11,432 bases of DNA from Trueperaceae bacterium. GTDB taxonomy: Bacteria; Deinococcota; Deinococci; Deinococcales; Trueperaceae. Every line of letters begins with the position of its first letter. The first letter of the stretch is position 1. The notes under the pieces were generated by a model. That model saw only the letters and a list, made by a program, of their open reading frames with translations, had not been told where the DNA came from and made no database searches. Position numbers and translations under genes: made by a program. The DNA is taken from positions 28,365 to 39,796 of the forward strand of contig JBBDRK010000007.1 in assembly GCA_040905465.1 (NCBI GenBank). The letters are read 5' to 3'. Below are positions 6,176 through 11,432 of this stretch, piece after piece.

Positions 6176-7943
6176 CGGGCCGAACGCTCCCAACGTCGAT
6201 ACTCTTCCCCATTGCCTTCCACAAAAGCTCTTTCACGGTTCCGGCTCCGTCGCGCTCCGAGTAGACCTCCTTGGGCAACAATGCGGCATCCAGGCTGACG
6301 AGCAACTCCATCTCCTCGGAGTTCAGTTCCTGCGAGGTTACCAGCACGATCGGGGTATCACTCGTTGCCGCGCTCTGCCGGAGCGCCCTGAGCACTTCCA
6401 CCCCGCTTCGGTCAGGCATGAGCAGGTCAACGAAGATCGCCGCCGGCCCTGCCGACTCGGCCAACCTCAACCCCTCCGCTCCGCTCGCAGCCTCGATGAT
6501 CTCGAAGCTTGTCCCCTCCAACAGACCCCGCAACAGGTAGCGCTCGACATCGTTGTCGTCGATCAACAGCAACGTGTTTCCCCGTGCGCCCTGCCCGCTC
6601 TCGAGCACCAGCGGCACCGCGAGCGAGAAGGTGGAACCCGACCCCGGGTCGCTCTGCACCTTGACGGTCCCGCCCAGTAATTCGGCCAGTTTGCGGGAGA
6701 TCGCGAGGCCCAGGCCGCTGCTGGGCGTTCCGTCCTGAAGCCGGTTCGGCACCTGCCCGAACTCCTGGAAGACCAACTCCAGGTCTTTCGCGGCAATGCC
6801 GACTCCGGTGTCCGCCACGGAGAAAAGTACTGCCTGTCTGTCGTCCTCGACCCAGGCGGATATCCGGACCTCACCCTGCTCGGTGAACTTCAGGGCATTG
6901 GCGATGAAGTTGCGAAGGACCTGGGTGATCTTGCCCTTGTCCGTCATCAGTAGCGGCAAGTGGCCTACCTCGCTGAACACCAGGTCGACTTTCGGATTGG
7001 CGTGCAACGGCATGAACATGCCACGGAGGGTACTGAATACGTCGGCGATGCTGGTCGGCTCGATCCTCACGTCCATCGTCCCGGCTTCGACCTTGCTCAG
7101 GTCCAGCAAGTCGGTTACCAGTTCGAGCAACTCCCCGGCCGCCCGGCGGATGTAGCCGACCTGCTTTGCCTGCTCATCCGCCAGTTCGCCATCGGCGTCT
7201 TCGAGCAGCAGACGAGCCAGTGCGATCACCGAATTCAGCGGCGTGCGAAACTCGTGGCTCATGTGGGTCAGGAACCGCGACTTGATCTTGTTGGCGAGGT
7301 GCAGCTCCTGCGCCTTCTCGTCCAACTCCGCGTAGAGGGCCACTATTCCGCGATTGGTGTCTACCAGCTCGGCATTGAGCCGGACCAGCTCCTGTTGGTT
7401 CCGCTCGAGGGCATCGAGCGTTTGCAGCAGCTCCTGGTTCTGCCGCTGGACCTCGTCCAGGGCAGTTCGAGGCGCACGCTTTGTCAGTTCGGCAGCCATT
7501 CTCTCGAGGCCGGACGAGGTTACCGGCGTGGCCGTCGCAGGAAGGTTCTTGCCCACCACCACGGTAGTACCTGTCTCGGGCGTCGATTCGACCCGAAAAG
7601 AATCCATCAGCCGTCTGGCCCCGATCAGTCCGAGGCCCATCCCCGACTTGGATTCATACTGCCCGGCCAGGATAGCCGGCAGGTCACCGATCCCGGGACC
7701 CGTGTCGCTGATCTCGACTGTGAGGACCTGCGACCGTGCCTCCTGAGCGAGCGCGAATACGACCCTGGCGGCTCCGGCATATTGGAGTGAGTTACGTGCC
7801 AGTTCGGAGACGGTCGTGGCAATCCGGGTCTGGTCCTGGCTGCCGAAGCCGAGCAGCGCCGCGATCTGCCGGGCACGCTGGCGGGCCAGCACCACGTCGT
7901 GCTCTTGGCGAACGCCGAGGCTGAGGAGCGAGTGGCTCGTCAT
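6168..7943 (-). CDS. Hybrid histidine kinase with N-terminal RsbT-like GHKL domain, HisKA, HATPase_c and C-terminal REC, 591 aa
   Basis: N-terminal DVVLARQRAR..LGF..TTVSELARN..DTGPGI..GMGLGLIGARRL; coiled coil; H-box MSHEFRTPLN; NFIANALKFT; DTGVGI; SGLGLAI; receiver LLIDDN..IFVDLLMP..LVTS..LPK. ATGA overlap with the upstream gene. Confidence 0.93.
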   Translation of the reverse strand: MTSHSLLSLGVRQEHDVVLARQRARQIAALLGFGSQDQTRIATTVSELARNSLQYAGAARVVFALAQEARSQVLTVEISDTGPGIGDLPAILAGQYESKSGMGLGLIGARRLMDSFRVESTPETGTTVVVGKNLPATATPVTSSGLERMAAELTKRAPRTALDEVQRQNQELLQTLDALERNQQELVRLNAELVDTNRGIVALYAELDEKAQELHLANKIKSRFLTHMSHEFRTPLNSVIALARLLLEDADGELADEQAKQVGYIRRAAGELLELVTDLLDLSKVEAGTMDVRIEPTSIADVFSTLRGMFMPLHANPKVDLVFSEVGHLPLLMTDKGKITQVLRNFIANALKFTEQGEVRISAWVEDDRQAVLFSVADTGVGIAAKDLELVFQEFGQVPNRLQDGTPSSGLGLAISRKLAELLGGTVKVQSDPGSGSTFSLAVPLVLESGQGARGNTLLLIDDNDVERYLLRGLLEGTSFEIIEAASGAEGLRLAESAGPAAIFVDLLMPDRSGVEVLRALRQSAATSDTPIVLVTSQELNSEEMELLVSLDAALLPKEVYSERDGAGTVKELLWKAMGKSIDVGSVRPDE

Positions 7944-8950
7944 CCCCGCGCCTCTTTCACCACGACGACAGAAGCGTCGTCGCGCCCGCGCCGGTATTCG
8001 CGGTATAGAACTCCCGCAATCAATGCCGCAGACCTGCCGGCCAGACCAGGGTGCTTAGACAGGTCGACGCGGCTGGTCAGTCCGTCGGAATAGAGGATGA
8101 GCACGGCGTCATCGGACCACGGGTAGCCGAACTGCTGTACCTTGCGCAGCTCCTGTCCGACAGTCCCCGGATGTGACACCATGCTGCGTTGCGTGCCCGC
8201 CCGGCACAGGAACCCGGCGATGTTGCCGATTCCCACGAACGCGAGTTCGTCGCGGCCGGCAGAAATCTGAGCAACGGCGGCAACGCCGCCGCGGGTGGAG
8301 CGAAGGGCGCCGTGCAGCGAACGCATGAGATCTTCCGGCCCGAACCGCAGGTTTTTCCGAAACGCTCGCACCGCCTCGGTCGCCGCTGCGCTGGCCGAGA
8401 TTCCATGGCCCAGCCCATCCACGATCATCACCAGAGTTCGGCCGTCCTCCTCGCCGGTGGCCCAGTCGTCGCCACATACATTCTCGCCCGGGCGTGCGAC
8501 GCGCACCCCGCCGACATCGAGTTTCTGCCGCTCCGGACGCCGCGGAGCCGAACCGGACCAGAATCGCGCAACGAGTACCGTCCCTCGTCCCATCTGTGAG
8601 TACAGATCGAAGAAGTCCGCCTGGCGGCGAATCGCACCCAGGCCGGTGCCGGCACCGCCGGCAGTGGAGAAACCGTCGCCCATCGCCGTTACGGTGCTGG
8701 CGATGCCCGGACCGTCGTCGAGAGAGTACACGTCGAGGCCGACGTACCCGTCTGATACCAGATGCTGGAAAAGTATCTCGCCGCCGTGGGGGGTGTGCTT
8801 GACGAGGTTCGATGCGGCTTCGGTAACCGCAAGAGCGAGCCGGCCAAGCTTCGCCTGCGGGAAACCGAGATCTAGCGCGAACGTCGTTGCCCGCCGCCGT
8901 GCTTCGCTCACCTGGCTGGCCTCGGCCACCTCCACGCGAAGCGGAATCAT
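7940..8950 (-). CDS. RsbT-like ATP-binding domain fused to a SpoIIE/PP2C phosphatase (RsbX-like), 336 aa
   Basis: N-terminal TEAASNLVKH..DDGPGI..GTGLGAIRR; PP2C motifs CGDDW, IVDGLGHG, LYSDGL, RDDASVVV. Start taken as ATG at 8950 (MIPLRVEV). Confidence 0.9.
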   Translation of the reverse strand: MIPLRVEVAEASQVSEARRRATTFALDLGFPQAKLGRLALAVTEAASNLVKHTPHGGEILFQHLVSDGYVGLDVYSLDDGPGIASTVTAMGDGFSTAGGAGTGLGAIRRQADFFDLYSQMGRGTVLVARFWSGSAPRRPERQKLDVGGVRVARPGENVCGDDWATGEEDGRTLVMIVDGLGHGISASAAATEAVRAFRKNLRFGPEDLMRSLHGALRSTRGGVAAVAQISAGRDELAFVGIGNIAGFLCRAGTQRSMVSHPGTVGQELRKVQQFGYPWSDDAVLILYSDGLTSRVDLSKHPGLAGRSAALIAGVLYREYRRGRDDASVVVVKEARG

Positions 8951-8972
8951 CGCCTGCTTCGTGCTCGGCCCG

Positions 8973-9377
8973 TCACTTCCACCTGACCGCCGTAACTCTG
9001 GTGCCTTCCCCCACCTTGGACACGACTTCCAGATTACCCAACAGCCGTTTGGCGCCACCGAGCCCCAGTCCCAACCCGTCTCCGGTCGTGTAGCCGTCCT
9101 TCAACGCGAGGGTGATGTCGGGAATGCCGTTGCCTCGATCTTCGAAGACCATCCTGAGACCCCGGCGTCCACCCTTGTCGATAACCTCGAGTGTCATTGT
9201 GCCGCCTCCCCCGTGCTCGAAAGTGTTCCGTGCCAACTCGCTGGCCGCCGTTACGAGCTTTGTCTGCTCGATGAGACTGAAGCCCAGTTCTACCGCGGCC
9301 TTCCGAACGGCCTGGCGTGCATGAACTACATCGTAGGCGGTGTCGATTGCGTGCTGCTCGATCCGCTGGACCGCCAC
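8973..9377 (-). CDS. rsbT: Stressosome switch Ser/Thr kinase RsbT
   Basis: DVVHARQAVR..LGFSLIEQTKLVTAASELARN..FEDRGNGIPDI..ALKDGYTTGDGLGLGLGGAKRL..GEGTRV..RWK. Start GTG at 9377 (alternative TTG at 9395). Confidence 0.93.
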   Translation of the reverse strand: MAVQRIEQHAIDTAYDVVHARQAVRKAAVELGFSLIEQTKLVTAASELARNTFEHGGGGTMTLEVIDKGGRRGLRMVFEDRGNGIPDITLALKDGYTTGDGLGLGLGGAKRLLGNLEVVSKVGEGTRVTAVRWK

Positions 9378-9384
9378 GCCTTGA

Positions 9385-9762
9385 TCAGCCGCCAATGCCG
9401 GGCGTCTCCCACAGAGTCGCCCTAAGAGTCTCCATGCCCTTCTCTACATTGATCGCCGTCCGCACACCTTTCCAGGAAATGCCCAGCTCGACCAATGTTA
9501 TCGCCACGGCCGGCTGCATGCCGACGATCATGGTTTCGGCGCCAAGAACGCGAGACATCGAGGCTACGTTCCCCAGAATCCTGCCGATGAAGGAGTCGAC
9601 GATCTCGAGTGCGGAGATTTCGATCAGCACTCCTCGTGCCCCAGTCCGTGAGATCATCTCGGCCAGATCCTCCTGCAGGCTCAATGCGAGCCGGTCGTGC
9701 ATGTCCACCTGAACCGTGACCAGCAGGAACTCGCCCATCTTGAGGATCGGAATGCGATCCAT
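9385..9762 (-). CDS. rsbS: Stressosome STAS protein RsbS, 125 aa
   Basis: MDRIPILK, VDSFIGR (Ser equivalent to B. subtilis S59), VGMQPAVAITLVELG. ATG at 9762 with a GGAGAG SD. Confidence 0.95.
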   Translation of the reverse strand: MDRIPILKMGEFLLVTVQVDMHDRLALSLQEDLAEMISRTGARGVLIEISALEIVDSFIGRILGNVASMSRVLGAETMIVGMQPAVAITLVELGISWKGVRTAINVEKGMETLRATLWETPGIGG

Positions 9763-9776
9763 GGCACTCTCTCCAA

Positions 9777-10643
9777 TCAAGCCCTTGTCCCTTCGACCCT
9801 GTAGCCTGCCCGATGCAATGCCACAGCCAGCGCGTCGGCGATCGTCGCCTTGGTGGTAACGCCCTGCAACTCTATGCCGAGATGCACGATAGTCTGAGCG
9901 ATTTGCGGGCGAATCCCGCTGATAATGCAGTCCGCTCCCATGAGCTGGGCCGCTGCCACAGCCTTGAGCAGGTGTTGCGCCACCAGGGTATCGACGGTTT
10001 GAACGCCGGTGATGTCGATGATCGCGATGGTGGCCCCGGTCTCGACGATCTTTTCGAGCAGGTTTTCGGTCACCACCTGGGCACGTTCGCTGTCGAGGAC
10101 GCCGATGATCGGCAGTGCCAGCACCCCGTCCCAGAGCTTTACCACCGGGCTGGACAGTTCCATCATCTCGAGTCGCTGACGTTCGATGACACGATCACGA
10201 CTCTTTATGTAGGTCTCGTTGGTGTGCAGGCCGAGATCGTCGAGGAGTCTGGTGACGAGCCAGATGTCGTCGACCAGCCCCTCAGTGGCGTCGCCGTGGG
10301 CCTTTCGCAGGGCGCTGAAGAGCGGTTGCTTGAGCGAGAACACAAACGTCGCAACCTCGGAAGGGCTGAATCCCTTTTGCGCCCGAGAGGTCGAAAAGTC
10401 GTCCAACGCCTCACGCAATGGCGTCCATACATCGGACTTGAGGTCGTCGAGACCACCTTCGAGGGCCGCCGATTGCAGGTGATCGAGAATCTCGCTCGAC
10501 TCGCGGAGCAGCTCTCCCTCGCCCATGAGATCGGGCCGCCGGAAGGGAGCCGCAAGCTGCTCTCGAACCCAATCCTCGAGAAGCTGCTGGTGGCGCTCCT
10601 TCAAGACCTCTCTGACTTTGCTTCCTGACGCTTTCTTGGCCAC
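9777..10643 (-). CDS. rsbR: Stressosome scaffold RsbR (RsbRD_N-type helical N-domain plus STAS)
   Basis: N-domain ..SRAQKGFSPSEVATFVFSLKQPLF..; linker VIERQRLEMMELSSPVVKLW; STAS LPIIGVLDSERAQ..IIDITGVQTVDTLVAQHL..SGIRPQIAQTIVHLG. GTG at 10643 follows GGGAGAGGAGG (alternative ATG at 10667). Confidence 0.95.
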   Translation of the reverse strand: MAKKASGSKVREVLKERHQQLLEDWVREQLAAPFRRPDLMGEGELLRESSEILDHLQSAALEGGLDDLKSDVWTPLREALDDFSTSRAQKGFSPSEVATFVFSLKQPLFSALRKAHGDATEGLVDDIWLVTRLLDDLGLHTNETYIKSRDRVIERQRLEMMELSSPVVKLWDGVLALPIIGVLDSERAQVVTENLLEKIVETGATIAIIDITGVQTVDTLVAQHLLKAVAAAQLMGADCIISGIRPQIAQTIVHLGIELQGVTTKATIADALAVALHRAGYRVEGTRA

Positions 10644-10747
10644 GATCCTCCTCTCCCGAGCGGACATAAGACCGCCGATGACGGGCTGGGCGGTTGTGAT
10701 GCTGTCAACGGCAGTTTAGCGGACCGCCAGCCAACGCATCGGGTCCT

Positions 10748-11287
10748 CTACCGAAAAGACGCCGTGCAGGGGAGCGCCTCGAATACCTCCCGAAAGCCCT
10801 CCAGGGGGATGGTCCATGCACCCCCTCCGGCACCCTCGACGCGCAGGAACAGGCCACGGGCTGACGGCGACGCCGCCACTTCGGCCAGCAACAAAGAGGA
10901 GTTCAGGCCGGCGAGTTCGATCTCCGGCCCGTTGGCCGTCCACTCGTTACGATCGGTCGACCGGAGGCCGAGTACACGGGTGTAGACCTCGCGCGGGCCG
11001 GACCCGAGGTCGAGTTCGGTAACGAGCACGACCGACGGCAGACCGGGATCATCCACGGGACATCCGATGCGCAATTCACCGGCCTGCGAGCCTTGAGCCG
11101 CGGCGACCGAGATTGCGGCGTGGGAACCGGCAAAGCGACCGTCATCGTCGGCCGGGTGCCAGGCGGGCTGCGCCTGGCCGAGCGCGAGACAGGTGAGGGC
11201 GGTAATTCCGGCCACTATTGCCGTTCTTGGCACGGGCCCGAGCGGCGCTCGAGTACGGCGAGTAATCAGGTCAAAAGGTCGAAACAT
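10748..11287 (-). CDS. Hypothetical secreted/periplasmic protein, 179 aa
   Basis: ATG at 11287 with a GGAGG SD; basic N-region, hydrophobic AIVAGITALTCLAL and a GQA-Q cleavage-like site; two Cys in the mature part (LRIGC, LPC). Confidence 0.7.
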   Translation of the reverse strand: MFRPFDLITRRTRAPLGPVPRTAIVAGITALTCLALGQAQPAWHPADDDGRFAGSHAAISVAAAQGSQAGELRIGCPVDDPGLPSVVLVTELDLGSGPREVYTRVLGLRSTDRNEWTANGPEIELAGLNSSLLLAEVAASPSARGLFLRVEGAGGGAWTIPLEGFREVFEALPCTASFR

Positions 11288-11384
11288 TCGGTTCCTCCGC
11301 AAGCAGTAAAGCACGATGCAGGGCCTGAGCCCGCCGAACCCGCGAGACTGTCCGCGCGCTTCGTCTCCACGGCGTCAGCGACAC

Positions 11385-11432
11385 TCACTCGTCGCCAGCG
11401 AGGGCGAGCTTGAATGTGCAGCGGCCGTCGCC
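11385..11432 (-). CDS. Probable 3' end of an upstream gene (partial; ...GDGRCTFKLALAGDE*)
   Basis: Open minus-strand frame from the window edge to TGA at 11385-11387, with mostly G/C-ending codons and a protein-like GDxxCxF motif. Only 15 codons visible. Confidence 0.4.
   Translation of the reverse strand, partial: GDGRCTFKLALAGDE

Noticed and set aside
8973..9377. RsbW/SpoIIAB anti-sigma factor call
   Set aside because: Position after rsbR-rsbS and the motif set fit RsbT; no sigma factor or RsbV is adjacent.
11240..11287. Tat signal (TRR) in the hypothetical protein
   Set aside because: TRRTRAP lacks the hydrophobic x-F-L positions of the twin-arginine consensus; a Sec signal is more plausible.
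5114..11413. + strand ORFs opposite the rsb/kinase genes (e.g. 6960-7790, 8295-9425, 9813-10628, 11093-11413)
   Set aside because: Antisense shadows without SD or domain signatures.
5015..11432. Intact genomic island, prophage or IS next to tRNA-Val
   Set aside because: No integrase, transposase, terminal repeats or duplicate of the tRNA 3' end seen in the window. Only a degraded-islet hypothesis is retained.

Overview
GC-rich bacterial chromosomal window. The NuoB/NuoC sequences closely resemble Thermus Nqo6/Nqo5, which suggests phylum Deinococcota (possibly Truepera-like; inference). From left to right: (1) the start of the complex I operon nuoA-B-C-D on the minus strand, with a 14-bp tandem repeat over the nuoD stop codon and an extended -10 promoter followed by a Rex-type operator; (2) a divergent CPA1 K+/H+ antiporter (CvrA/NhaP2 type, C-terminal RCK_C domain) with a structured ~100-nt leader; (3) a near-consensus sigma70 promoter driving tRNA-Lys(TTT), tRNA-Glu(TTC) and tRNA-Val(TAC); (4) converging on the tRNAs, a six-gene stressosome operon: rsbR, rsbS, rsbT, an RsbT-like/PP2C fusion (RsbX-like), an RsbT-like/HisKA/HATPase/REC hybrid kinase and a REC/HisKA/HATPase kinase, with no sigma factor, anti-sigma pair or DNA-binding output; (5) upstream of it, a secreted two-cysteine hypothetical protein and the probable 3' end of another gene. 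The most interesting element is the SigB-less stressosome wired into a two-kinase cascade. Similar RsbRST/two-component clusters are known in other phyla, so novelty would lie in the lineage, the atypical receiver and the unknown input and output.
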